DNA of 64,000 nucleotides, taken from positions 512,001-576,000 of the forward strand of contig CAVZDU010000003.1 in assembly GCA_963774265.1 (NCBI GenBank), in the 5' to 3' direction. Each line of letters starts with the position of its first letter. The stretch's first letter is position 1. Under the pieces are notes generated by a model, which saw nothing but the letters and a program-made list of their open reading frames with translations, was not told the origin of the DNA and ran no database searches. This DNA comes from an uncultured Chloroflexia bacterium (GTDB taxonomy: Bacteria > Chloroflexota > Anaerolineae > CG2-30-64-16). This document shows positions 19,309-29,991 of the stretch, piece by piece. The translations under genes and the position numbers were made by a program.

Positions 19309-20082
19309 GTGGAGAGGCAGATAGCGCTGGTGACGGGTGCATCCAGCGGCATGGGGGCGGAGTTCGCGCGGCAGCTCGCGGCGCGGGGCAATGACCTGGT
19401 GCTGAGCGCGCGGCGGGAGGCACGGCTGGCCGCGTTGGGGGAGGAGTTGGCGGCCCGGCATGGCGTGGCGTATGAGGTGCTGGGCGCGGATTTGAGCGCG
19501 GAGGCAGGAATCGCTGCAGTCGAGGCGCGCTTGAAGCGGGGAGACGTGCATCTGCTCGTGAACAACGCCGGGTTCGACATTCGGAAACCGTTTGCGCAGG
19601 CGGATCTCGCGGGCCAGGCCGCCATGCTCAGCGTGCACATGGTCGCGCCGATGCGGTTGACACACGCCGCGCTGCCCGCCATGCTCGCGCGGCGAAGTGG
19701 AGGCGTGATCAACGTCGCGTCGCTGGCCGCGTTCGTGTCGCTGCCTGGCAACGCGAATTACTCCGCGACCAAGGCTTATTTGATGCGGTTCTCCCGCGCC
19801 GTCCACCTCGAAGTGCGGCGAAGGGGCGTGACGGTGCAGGCGCTGTGCCCGGGGTTCACCGTGACGGAGTTTCACGACGACCAGGAGCGCGTGCAGTTTA
19901 AGCGCCGAGGACCAGGGTTTCTGTGGGCGCCTGCGGACGCGGTCGTGCGTGATTCGCTGCGAGCATTCGACCGGCACAAGGCGTTGTGCGTTCCCGGCGC
20001 GATCAACCGGGCCATCTATCGGGTGTGTAAGCTTGGCGTGGCGGATGCGCTTATCCCGCTCGTGGGATATGTCGGCGGATAA
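19309..20082 (+). CDS. SDR family oxidoreductase
   Basis: TGASSGMG, NNAG, YSATK. Confidence 0.93.
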   Translation: MERQIALVTGASSGMGAEFARQLAARGNDLVLSARREARLAALGEELAARHGVAYEVLGADLSAEAGIAAVEARLKRGDVHLLVNNAGFDIRKPFAQADLAGQAAMLSVHMVAPMRLTHAALPAMLARRSGGVINVASLAAFVSLPGNANYSATKAYLMRFSRAVHLEVRRRGVTVQALCPGFTVTEFHDDQERVQFKRRGPGFLWAPADAVVRDSLRAFDRHKALCVPGAINRAIYRVCKLGVADALIPLVGYVGG

Positions 20083-20184
20083 GATCGGTGTGTTTATCCC
20101 ACACTTATCCCTCGTTATCCCACGCGTTTGCCACATAGCCGCGCACTGTGCGTGCGCAGAGTGGACTGTTACAAGGAGGGTTAT

Positions 20185-20607
20185 ATGTCACGGAAAGCAG
20201 TCGAAGCATCGTTTGCAGCCGCGATCGGCCCCTACTCACACGCGGTCTGGTCGGGGAAACGACTTTACCTGTCCGGTCAGACGCCGGTGGACCCGGCGAC
20301 CGGCCAGCTGGCCGTGGGTGACATCGGAGCACAGACCGAACAGTGTTTCAAGAACCTGTTCTCGGTGCTTGCAGCGGCTGGGCTGGGCCCGAAGAATGTG
20401 ATCAAGGCCAACGTCTACATGACGAACCTCGCGGATTTCGCTGCCATGAATGCGATATACGAGACGATGTTCGAGAAGCCTTATCCTGCACGCACGACGA
20501 TTGGCGTGGCGGCTCTGCCCAGGGGCGCCCAGATCGAAATTGAGCTGGTCGCGTACGGGAAGGTCAAGCGTAAGAAATCAAAGGAAGAGGCTGAAGAGCC
20601 GGCTTGA
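20185..20607 (+). CDS. ridA: RidA/YjgF reactive intermediate deaminase
   Basis: GPYS, LSGQ, PARTT, LP..A.IEIE. Confidence 0.9.
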   Translation: MSRKAVEASFAAAIGPYSHAVWSGKRLYLSGQTPVDPATGQLAVGDIGAQTEQCFKNLFSVLAAAGLGPKNVIKANVYMTNLADFAAMNAIYETMFEKPYPARTTIGVAALPRGAQIEIELVAYGKVKRKKSKEEAEEPA

Positions 20608-20624
20608 CGCGAGTCAGGTAACGC

Positions 20625-20661
20625 AAGGACCTCCGGGGGCTGCCCCTCGGAGGTCCTTTTT
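20625..20661 (+). terminator. Rho-independent terminator between convergent ridA and mfd
   Basis: AAGGACCTCCGGGG...CCCTCGGAGGTCCTT followed by T-run. Confidence 0.8.
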
Positions 20662-20687
20662 GGTCACCTTGAGAGGAGACTTCCTAC

Positions 20688-23600
20688 TCACTCTGTGCGC
20701 GCGATCAGATCCAGCGCTTTGACCAGGTCGCGGCGCCAACCGTCGGCTTCGCGCATCTCCATCCAGAGTGCGCGGCGGGCGACGCGCGCAGGGACTGCCC
20801 TGGGCCTTCAGCCGATCCTGGAGCTGGGCGCGGTCCATCGGTCTCCAGACACGAGCACTTAATCAGCACCTGGCCCTCTTCCAGCCCGATGGCCTCAACG
20901 CCAACATTCACCGCCAGCACCTTGACGCGCACGACGTAGAGCAGGTTCTCCACCTCCTCCGGCACGGGGCCGAAGCGATCGGCGAATTCCTGGCGATCTC
21001 GTCGACGGCTTCGAGCGTGGTCAGGCCGGCCAGGCGGCGGTAGAGCTGCAGGCGCAGCGGCCGCCTCAGGCACATAGCTCTCCGGGAATGCGCGCCGGCA
21101 GGTTGAGATCGAGCTGACGGTCGGCGCCAGTGGGTCTTCCAGCGACGTTGCGACGACCGGCGTCTGATCCTGGCGCTCGGCCTCCTCGTCATCACGGAAC
21201 CGGCTGCCCTCCGGGCGTCCTGGCGCTGCTCCCGCGCCTCCTGCACGGCCTGCGCCAGCAGCCGGGTGTAGAGGTCGAAGCCCGACGGCGGCGATGTGGC
21301 CGTGCTGCCGCGCGCCGAGCAGCTCGCCCGCGCCGCGGATCTCCAGGTCGTGCATGGCGATGCGGAAGCCCGCGCCCAGCTCGCTGGCCTCCTGGATCGC
21401 CTCCAGCCGGCGGCGCGCGTCCTCGGTCAGCGTCTTGTACTTGTCCACCAGCAGGTAGGCGTAGGCGCGCACCGCCGACCGGCCGACGCGGCCGCGCAAC
21501 TGGTAGAGCTGCGCCAGGCCGAACTGGTCGGCGCGGTTGATGATGATGGTGTTGGCGTTGGGGATGTCCAGCCCGCTCTCGATGATGCTGGTGCAGACCA
21601 GCACGTCGTACTCGCCCTCGGCGAAGGCCAGCATGACCGCCGACAGCTCCTTCTCGGGCATCTGGCCGTGGCCGATGGCGATGCGCGCCTCGGGCACGAT
21701 CTTGCTGGACGCTGCGCGGCCATCTGCTCGATGCCCTGGACGCGGTTGTGGACGAAGTAGACCTGGCCGTTGCGGTCCAGCTCGCGCAGGATCGCCTGGC
21801 GCACCAGCGTCTCGTCGAACTCGCCCACGAAGGTCTTGATCGGCAGGCGCTCCTCGGGCGGCGTGTCGATGGTGCTCAGGTCGCGCACGCCGGTCAGGCT
21901 CATGTGCAGGGTGCGCGGGATCGGCGTGGCGGTGAGCGTCAGCACGTCCACCTCGGTGCGCAGCTGCTTGATGCGCTCCTTGTGCGCCACGCCGAAGCGC
22001 TGCTCCTCGTCGACGATCAGCAGGCCCAGGTCCTTGAACGCCACATCCTTGCTCAGCAGGCGATGCGTGCCGATCACCAGGTCGACGCTGCCGTTCGCCA
22101 GGCCCGCCAGAACGCGATCCTGCTGCGACGGGCGTCTGGAAGCGCGAGAGCATGGCCACGGTGACCGGGAACGCGGCCAGCCGGCGGCTGAAGTTGGTGT
22201 AGTGCTGCTGCGCCAGGACGGTGGTCGGCACCAGCACGGCGACCTGCTTGCCGTCCATGATCGCCTTGAACGCCGCGCGCAAGCGCCACCTCGGTCTTGC
22301 CGTAGCCCACGTCGCCGCAGATCAGGCGATCCATCGGCCGCGGCTGCTCCATGTCGTGCTTGACCGCCTCGATGGCGACGAGCTGGTCCTCGGTCTCGAC
22401 GTAGGGGAAGCTGGCCTCCAGCTCGTGCTGCCAGGGCGCGTCGGGGCTGAAGGCGTGGCCCTGCACCACCTCGCGCGCGGCGTAGAGCTCCAGCAGGTCG
22501 TCGGCGATCTCGGCGACGGCCTTCTGGCGCGCGCCTTGACCTGCTCCCACTCGGCGGTGCCCAGCCGGTGCAGCGCCGGGCGCAGCCTCGCCCGACGCCC
22601 ACGTAGCGCGCCAGCCGGTCGGCCTGGTGGACCGGCACGTAGAGCTGGTCGCCCTGGGCGTACTCGACCTGCAGGTACTCGCGCTCGACGCCGTCCACGG
22701 CCATCTTGATCGAGCCCCTGGAACTGGCCGATGCCGTGCTCGATGTGCACGACGTAGTCGCCGGGCTTGACGTCGGCGAAGAAGACCTCGGGCGCAACGG
22801 CACGCGGTGCGCTGCGGCCGCCGCGGCTTCGGCTTGCCCCAGCCGAACAGCTCGGCGTCGGTGAGGAACCAGAGTCCGCCTGGAGCGTGGTCGCCTTCCC
22901 CGGCATCGGATCGGTCTGGTCTGGCCATCTCGCCGTCCAGCCGCCAGCCCTCTTCCATCACGCCCTGAACGAGCGTCAGGCCGGGCGGCGGCGGGTTGGG
23001 GGATGCTTCGACGGGCGACGATCGCATGGCCGCTCTCGCGGAGCAGCTCGGCCAGGCGCGGCGCCTGGCGGCTGACCATGACGACGTGGTCGCCCGCGGC
23101 GGAGCGGCGTTCGACCTCGGTCAGGATGGTGCGCACCTGGCCGCCGAAGCGCGGCCCCGCCGACGAATTGGCGCCGGCCAGTCCGCGCCTCAGGCTCCGC
23201 GGCGGCGCCGACCTTCGTCGAGGGTGGTGTGGCCCAGATAGATCACCGGCCGCGCGGTCGGCCGACGACGGTCAGCCGCTCGGTCAGGACGTCGCGCAGC
23301 GAAATAGGGTGGGGCTACAACCACGGGGACGTCACCCGCGGCCGTCAGATCGCGGCGCCAACTGCTCGGCCTGGCCTTCCAGATCGGCCAGGCTCGCCAT
23401 CAGCTCGCCGGCGTCGTCGACCATCAGCCACGCGTCATGGGCCGGCAGGTAGTCGGCCAGGGCTGCCAGGCTGGCTGTAGAGGTAGGGGATGTACCATTC
23501 CAGGTTGCGGAAGCCGCTGCCCGTGACGCAAGCTGCTCGATCTCGCGCTCGAACTCGATGCGCGCGGGCGGATGGCACGCCGCCAGGTCGAAGCTCGCGC

Positions 23601-24380
23601 GAGGCGTCTCGGCGACGCGCTCGCCGAGCTTGGGCAGCGCCTCGCTCGCCGGGCCGATCCAGGCCTGCTGCGACCCGCGCGAGGGTGCGCTGGGTCGACG
23701 GGTCGAAGGTGCGCAGGCTGTCGATCTCGTCGCCGAAGAGCTCGATGCGCAGCGGCTTGCGCAGGTTGGGCGGCCAGATATCCACGATGCCGCCGCGCCG
23801 GCTGAACTGCCCCGGCGCCTCGACCACCGCCGCGCTCTCGTAGCCCAGGCCCACCCACGTCGCCAGCATTCGTTCGAGATCGAAGGCCTGGCCCTGGCGC
23901 ATCGGGCGCAGCGCGAGCGCGCATCTCGCGCACGGGCAGCGTCATCTGCATGAGGCGCGCGGGCCGAGGCGACGACGATGCGGGCGCGATGCGGATGCGT
24001 TGCGGACGCCTGCGCCTCCGGTCCGGTCCGCACGTCAGAGCAGGCCGACCAGCGCTTCGAGCCGGCGCTGGCGCGTCTCGGGCGCCCAGGGGATGCGCTC
24101 GTAGGGCAGCGCGTCGGGATCGGCGAAGATGTGGACGGGCACTTCGTCGGGCAGCCAGATGCGCAGCTCGTCCACCCATTGGCGCGCGCGGCCGGTGCGC
24201 GCGGTGACGACGACCAGCGGGCGATTCAACAGCGCGCGCAAGGACCGCCACCAGGTAGGGCCGCGCGGCGTGATAGATATCGAGCGGGGCCGCGGGCGAT
24301 TGGCCCGCGGCCAGGGCGGCTGCCAGCTCGTCGATGGCGGGCAGGGCCAGGCCCAGGTCAAGTAAGCCGTTAAGTTTCAC
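20688..24380 (-). CDS. mfd: Transcription-repair coupling factor, many frameshifts
   Basis: [13 protein letters not shown] (RID), [40 protein letters not shown]. Confidence 0.93.
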
Positions 24381-24416
24381 GACAAATCAATCGGACGGAA
24401 TGGACGGCCGGAGCCG

Positions 24417-25093
24417 TCATGCCTCTTGTGATGTGACGGCGTTGTAGGCGTTCATGGCAGCATCAATACCTGCGCTGAGCCATAATTCGATGGCATCGGC
24501 CGCCCGACGCGCGCGAGCAGCATTTCTTTTTCCTGCTCGGCTGAGAATGGCTGTAGCACGTAATCGGCGGGATCCATCGCGGGCGGTGCGCCGCTGTTCT
24601 GTCCGCCCGGCCGGCTGATCCCCACCTTGAGCCGGCCAAAGGCATCGCTACCCAAAGCCCGAATGATGGACGCGACACCCTTCTGGCCACCTGGACTGCC
24701 ATTGGCACGCAAGCGCAGACGACCCAGCGGCAGATCGAGATCATCATGGACCACCAGGATGCCTCCGGGTGCGATCTTGTAGAAAGCGGCCAGTTGGCCC
24801 ACGGCTTCGCCCGAGTTGTTCATGTAGGTCATGGGCTTGACCAGGAGCACGCGACCGGTCCATCGGCCTGGCAGGCTGACCGGGCCGATGGCAAGCCGGC
24901 CTCGCTTTTGGAACTTATCAAAGGCAAGCCCATGGCGTTCGGCGAACAGATCGAGCACCTGGAAGCCGATATTGTGCCGATGGCGCGCATACTCGGGCCC
25001 CGGATTGCCGAGACCGACGATCATCACGGTGGGAGCGCCGGCTGCGCTGGCGGGCGGGGTGCGCTGGCCCAGCAGGGCGCGGAGAGAAGGCAT
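24417..25093 (-). CDS. pth: Peptidyl-tRNA hydrolase (frameshift near 3' end)
   Basis: GLGNPG, RHNIGF, KP.TYMN.SG, HDDLD; [10 protein letters not shown] tail in a shifted frame. Confidence 0.92.
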
Positions 25094-25102
25094 GGTCTAC
25101 GC

Positions 25103-25909
25103 CTACGGCTTAATTTTATACCAAAGCCAGACCAGGATGGCCTTCAACCCGAAGAACGCACCGACGACCAGGAACGCGGCAACCGTGTAAATAGCTGCCT
25201 TGCGGGCCGTCTCAAGCAACCGGTTTCCACTGAATAACTGATCCGCGATAGCGGCAGCGCTTGCGCCGTCCGTAGTGCCGCCAGCGCTCCCGGTCGTAGT
25301 ACCGCCTGTGGAGCTCGACGTGAAGGGTGTTATCTCGGCCCCGGGCAGAGGCGTGACGTCACGCGTGGCGGTCGGGGCAATGGTCGGGATTTCGACGACC
25401 CCGGTAGGCGCCTCAACTACCGCAGTGCCTTGGGGCGCAGGAGCGTCTGTCGGCGGAAGCTCGGGCAGCGGCGTTTCCGGCTCTGCGGGGGTGGGCGTTT
25501 CCGCCGGCCGCGTGTTTGCGACGATGACACGGCGCGCGTCGCTGTCGATGTAGTTGCCATCCGCCCTGACGACACGCACACGCAACGCATATGCACCATC
25601 AGGCACAGAGCGCGTATCCCACACCCCCAGCAGGCCCAAGGGCTGCTGCGTAAAATGCGCATCACCGATGAAGATCCACGACTGATCGGACGGAACCGGC
25701 GACGGCGCGTAGTACAGCTCATAGCGCTGGAACTGCGGATGCGTGGCGGTGCCGATTATCTGAATGGCATCACGTACGGCCGCATCGGGTGCGGGCTGGG
25801 CAATCACGGGCTGCGTCTCCTGCGCAGCAGGCGCGCCAAGGGCAGGCAGCACCGCGAAGACCAGGGCTGCAAACACGGTCAGGGTGGCAAAAAGGAGTGG
25901 CCTCTTCAT
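25103..25909 (-). CDS. Surface protein: signal peptide, Ig-like domain, Pro/Thr linker, C-terminal TM
   Basis: MKRPLLF signal; GTATHPQFQRYELYY...WDT..VPDG.Y.LR..VV; PT-rich linker. Confidence 0.7.
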   Translation of the reverse strand: MKRPLLFATLTVFAALVFAVLPALGAPAAQETQPVIAQPAPDAAVRDAIQIIGTATHPQFQRYELYYAPSPVPSDQSWIFIGDAHFTQQPLGLLGVWDTRSVPDGAYALRVRVVRADGNYIDSDARRVIVANTRPAETPTPAEPETPLPELPPTDAPAPQGTAVVEAPTGVVEIPTIAPTATRDVTPLPGAEITPFTSSSTGGTTTGSAGGTTDGASAAAIADQLFSGNRLLETARKAAIYTVAAFLVVGAFFGLKAILVWLWYKIKP

Positions 25910-26027
25910 AGGCCCGAGCACCTCACACCTGGAGTAAGGGATCTGGTCAGGCCGCAGTTGGGACGCCTGCCAGACTCCAATAGCAAAGTGTATCACAGGT
26001 TGGCGAGGCGCCCAAACGATTGTGGCA

Positions 26028-26056
26028 TTGACAAACCCATTGCTTACGGCGATACT
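26028..26056 (+). promoter_or_regulatory. Sigma70-like promoter of the GH13 operon
   Basis: TTGACA -17 nt- GATACT. Confidence 0.55.
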
Positions 26057-26094
26057 TTGTCTCGCGATTTGCCCTGCCTGAGGAGATAATTCAC

Positions 26095-27774
26095 ATGCGG
26101 TCCCGTATTCCAGCGTTCGCCCTCCTGCTTGTCGCGCTGACCCTGCTGGCCGGCTGCACCCCGGCCGCGCCTCCCGCGACGGCGCCCACTGCTGCGCCGG
26201 CCGCGGCTCCCAGCCCGTCCGCGGAGCCGACCCCGGCAGCCACCGTCCCGGTGGCGACCGCTCCGTGGTGGAACGATGCGGTGTTCTACGAGGTGTTTGT
26301 CCGCAGCTTCTATGATTCGGACGGCAACGGCGTTGGCAATCTCCCCGGGCTTGTCGAGAAACTTGACTATCTGAACGACGGCGACCCCGCGACAACAACC
26401 GATCTCGGTGTCACCGGCATCTGGCTGATGCCCATCGCACAATCGCCTTCCTATCACGGTTACGATGTCGTCGATTACAAGGCGGTTGACGATGAGTACG
26501 GCACTGCCGAGGACTTCACGCGGCTCATCGAGGAGGCCCACAAGCGCGGCATCAAGGTCATCATCGACCTCGTCATGAACCACACCTCATCGCTGCACCC
26601 CTGGTTCATGGAGTCCATAAACCCGAATTCGCCGAAGCATGACTGGTACGTTTGGTCCGCTGACCCCGTGGGACCTGGCTGGCATGATGCGGGGAAAAGC
26701 GAGAAGTACTATGGTTACTTCGGCGGGCACATGCCCGATCTGAACTACAACAACCCGGCGGTGACCGAGGCCATGTTTGACGTCGTGCGCTTCTGGCTGG
26801 AGGACATGCACGTCGACGGCTTCCGGCTGGACGCGATCAAGTACATTGCAGAAGAAGGCCGCACAATCGAGCACGCGCCCGCCACCTTCGCGTGGCTCCT
26901 AAAATTCCACAAATTCTACAAAGGTATCAAGCCCGATGCCCTCGCGGTGGGCGAGGTGTGGGCCGAAACCATGATTGCTGAGTACTACGTGCCGGATAAG
27001 GTCGATATCGCATTTGAGTTCAGCCTGGCAGACGCGATGATCCAGTCGGCCCAGGTTGGCGATCGCGCACGCGTGGAGCGCGCCCAGAGCAATGTCAACA
27101 AGACCTATCCGCCGGGACAATTCGCCACCTTCCTGGCAAACCACGATCAGGATCGCACGCGCTCGCGCATGACGGTGGAGCAGCAGGCCTTCGTGGCGGC
27201 CAGCCTCCAGCTGCTCTATCCTGGCGTCCCGTTCATCTACTACGGCGAAGAGATCGGAATGATGGGCAAGAAACCGGATGAGGATATCCGCAGGCCCATG
27301 CAGCGGACGGCCAAGGGAGGTTTCACGACGGGCACGCCGTGGCGGGCGTATTATGATGATGTTGCAGAGCGCAACGTCGCCAACCAGGGGGATGACCCTG
27401 CGTCGCTGCTCAACCACTATCGCGGCCTCATTCGCCTGCGGAACACCTACCCCGCGCTCCGCACGGGCGACTGGCGGCTCGTGACCGCGCCAAAAGAGAA
27501 GCCGTCGCTCCATGCCTTCATGCGTACGCTGGGGGAGGAGCGTTTCCTGGTGCTGATCAACCTGGGTGACGAACCCGTGACGGACTATCAGCTCAGCCTG
27601 GAATCGGAGGCGGGTGCAGCCGCGGCCGCGAAGCCGGTCAAGGCCGAACTGGTCTTCGGACCCGCCGGCGCGGCGGGTGACATTCCGGCGATCCAGACGA
27701 GCGGTTTCACGGGGTACCAGCCGATTCCTACCCTGCCGGCCTACAGCACGTTTGTGATTCGATTTGCACCGTGA
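26095..27774 (+). CDS. GH13 alpha-amylase family lipoprotein
   Basis: LLAGC lipobox; DLVMNH, GFRLDAIK, GEVW, NHD catalytic regions. Confidence 0.93.
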   Translation: MRSRIPAFALLLVALTLLAGCTPAAPPATAPTAAPAAAPSPSAEPTPAATVPVATAPWWNDAVFYEVFVRSFYDSDGNGVGNLPGLVEKLDYLNDGDPATTTDLGVTGIWLMPIAQSPSYHGYDVVDYKAVDDEYGTAEDFTRLIEEAHKRGIKVIIDLVMNHTSSLHPWFMESINPNSPKHDWYVWSADPVGPGWHDAGKSEKYYGYFGGHMPDLNYNNPAVTEAMFDVVRFWLEDMHVDGFRLDAIKYIAEEGRTIEHAPATFAWLLKFHKFYKGIKPDALAVGEVWAETMIAEYYVPDKVDIAFEFSLADAMIQSAQVGDRARVERAQSNVNKTYPPGQFATFLANHDQDRTRSRMTVEQQAFVAASLQLLYPGVPFIYYGEEIGMMGKKPDEDIRRPMQRTAKGGFTTGTPWRAYYDDVAERNVANQGDDPASLLNHYRGLIRLRNTYPALRTGDWRLVTAPKEKPSLHAFMRTLGEERFLVLINLGDEPVTDYQLSLESEAGAAAAAKPVKAELVFGPAGAAGDIPAIQTSGFTGYQPIPTLPAYSTFVIRFAP

Positions 27775-28586
27775 GTCAATTGAGAATCTCCATGCCCAAC
27801 GACCGCTATCGGCGGATCACGGGCCTGCTGTTGGGTGCGCTGCTGGGCCTCGTTTTTGGCCTGGTGTCGCAACTGGGCGACCGGCTCGCGCTGCCTGGCG
27901 TGCCGCTTTACAGCCCACCGTTCGGCCCGGCCGGCAATATCGTTGTGTACACCTTCGGGGCAGCGCTGCTTGGGCTGCTGGTCGCGTGGCCCATGAGCGG
28001 GATCAAGGGGACATTTCTGGTGGCAGCCGGCAGCGCCGCGGCCATCGTCGTTGTATCGCTGTTGGATGCTAAAAACCTCAACGGCAATTTGCTGGTTCAC
28101 ACGATCGTGGGTATCTTCCTGGGGCTGCCCTTCTGGGGCATGCTCGTGCCGGTCTTCGGAGCCTTAAGGTGGGTGATCGGGCGCCAGGAAGAGGCGCAGC
28201 GAGACCGCCGGCCGGGATGGAGCCGCGCACCTGGCCCACTGGTGCTGCTCGTCGTAGTCGGGCTGGTGGGAACGACGGCATTATATCCTCCGCGTGGCCG
28301 CGACCTCCTTCAGCGGACGCACGCGATGCTGGAGGAAACGCAGACGACAGGCGACTTCCCGCCGGCGTTCGGTTCGGTGGATCAATTCGCCGCTCACCGT
28401 CACGACCGCTATCAGTTGTCCTGGGAGGGCCAGGATATCGAGCGTTTCCGCATCCCGCGGCCGGCGCGCAATTTTGACATGCACTCTGCGGTCATCGCAC
28501 GCTACGCGACTGGCTGGAGCCTGGTGTGCGTGTACGTTGCGGCTGAGGAGCCGCCGTTATGCCGGGGTTTCGATGTTTTGCCTTGA
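27771..28586 (+). CDS. Hypothetical membrane protein (paralog A)
   Basis: Several TM helices plus C-terminal soluble domain with two Cys. Confidence 0.75.
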   Translation: MSQLRISMPNDRYRRITGLLLGALLGLVFGLVSQLGDRLALPGVPLYSPPFGPAGNIVVYTFGAALLGLLVAWPMSGIKGTFLVAAGSAAAIVVVSLLDAKNLNGNLLVHTIVGIFLGLPFWGMLVPVFGALRWVIGRQEEAQRDRRPGWSRAPGPLVLLVVVGLVGTTALYPPRGRDLLQRTHAMLEETQTTGDFPPAFGSVDQFAAHRHDRYQLSWEGQDIERFRIPRPARNFDMHSAVIARYATGWSLVCVYVAAEEPPLCRGFDVLP

Positions 28587-28607
28587 CAGGAGGGACCGCG
28601 TCCCCTG

Positions 28608-29510
28608 GTGAAATCACAAAAACGGCAACAGGATCGCTCAGTGTGGGAGCGTGTCACCGCAGTGGGCCCCATCGAGCAGGCCGCGCGGGGGCGTGCGCGG
28701 CAGCGCACGGGGGTGCTTCTGGGGGCCCTGCTGGGCCTGGGCTATGGTGGCGTTTCGCAGCTCATCAACCCCATCGCCATGCCCGGCATCCCGCTGTATC
28801 AGCCGCCGGCGGGTGCGTTCGTCAACGTTCTCCTCAGCAGCCTCATGGGCGGCGTGTTCGGTGCGCTGACGTGCTTCCCTGCCAGCGCAGCCGGGGGCCT
28901 CGTCTTGGGCGGCAGCGCCTCGCTGGTCGGCATCTTCGCGTACATGATCGTTCGGCTGGGCGGGCTCGGCTTGGGCGGGGCGCTGGTCAGCAGCGTGCTG
29001 CTCTCGGCGCCGATGGCCTGGCTGACCGTGCCGGTGGTCGCCCTGCTCCGCTGGGCTGCGGAACGCCTGGTCAGTGCGCAGCGCGATGGCGACCCCCTCC
29101 TCGTGCGCGCCCGCATTCCCGTCGCATTGTTCCTGGTGATGGCATTTCTGGCCAGCTTTGAGTTGCTCCCCGCAGATGCGCGGGATAATCTGCGGCGGAC
29201 CGATGCGCTGATCCAGGCAGGCTTGCGGGCATCCTCCGCGGCCCAGTTGCCGGCCCCCTTGCGCGGGCCTGCGATGTCGGTCTTTCCGCCCGTGCAACCC
29301 GCAGGCTACACCCTGGAGTGGACCACGTACGATCTGGACCGCTTCATGGAGCTGCGACCGTCGTCGAACTTCGACCAGCATGCGGCCGTCATCGCACGCT
29401 TCAAGGGTGGCGCCATGCTCGTCTGTCTTTATCCGACCCCCGGGCAAGAGCCTAACTGTGCTAACTACGATCAAATGCCGGGAAAAGCACCGGCCAGGCG
29501 GGACGACTGA
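28608..29510 (+). CDS. Hypothetical membrane protein (paralog B)
   Basis: Shares LPG.PLY.PP, RF...R...NFD.H.AVIAR and LVC.Y.....P.C with the upstream ORF. Confidence 0.75.
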   Translation: MKSQKRQQDRSVWERVTAVGPIEQAARGRARQRTGVLLGALLGLGYGGVSQLINPIAMPGIPLYQPPAGAFVNVLLSSLMGGVFGALTCFPASAAGGLVLGGSASLVGIFAYMIVRLGGLGLGGALVSSVLLSAPMAWLTVPVVALLRWAAERLVSAQRDGDPLLVRARIPVALFLVMAFLASFELLPADARDNLRRTDALIQAGLRASSAAQLPAPLRGPAMSVFPPVQPAGYTLEWTTYDLDRFMELRPSSNFDQHAAVIARFKGGAMLVCLYPTPGQEPNCANYDQMPGKAPARRDD

Positions 29511-29989
29511 TGAATGAACACATCCCTATGCAGGACCTCTATCCCGACAATCTCGCCCAGTGCTATGGCTGCGGCCGGCTGAACGAGCACGGTTTGCAGA
29601 TCAAAAGCTATGTGGAGGGCGACGAAGTTGTCTGTCATTTCCGGCCGCAGCCCTATCACACCGCGGTCCCGGGCTATGTGTACGGCGGCCTGATCGCTTC
29701 GCTGATCGATTGTCACGGCACAGGTGCGGCCGCGGCGGCCGGCTATGCGGCAGAGGGCCGTGCGCCCGGGTCTGAGCCCGCTCTCCGCTTTGTGACTGCC
29801 TCGCTCAAGGTCGATTTCCTGCGGCCCACGCCGCTGGGACCCATGCTGGAGCTGCGGGCGCGCACGAAAGAGATCCGGGGCCGTAAAGTTGTGCTTGACA
29901 TAACCCTGACCGCCGAAGGCGAATTGTGCGCCCGGGGCGAGGTGATCTGCGTCCGGATACCGGAGGATTTTGGAAAGGCGAAGGAGTGA
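29510..29989 (+). CDS. PaaI/hotdog thioesterase
   Basis: CYGCG, YGGLIASLIDCH, VTASL.VDF..PTP. Confidence 0.88.
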   Translation: MNEHIPMQDLYPDNLAQCYGCGRLNEHGLQIKSYVEGDEVVCHFRPQPYHTAVPGYVYGGLIASLIDCHGTGAAAAAGYAAEGRAPGSEPALRFVTASLKVDFLRPTPLGPMLELRARTKEIRGRKVVLDITLTAEGELCARGEVICVRIPEDFGKAKE

Positions 29990-29991
29990 GC

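Noticed and set aside
20094-20130. DnaA boxes / oriC
   Set aside because: TTATCCC does not match TTATNCACA; no AT-rich unwinding element or dnaA nearby
20688-24380. Programmed frameshifting or true pseudogenisation of mfd (likewise lon)
   Set aside because: Numerous scattered indels with otherwise conserved motifs fit sequencing/consensus error better
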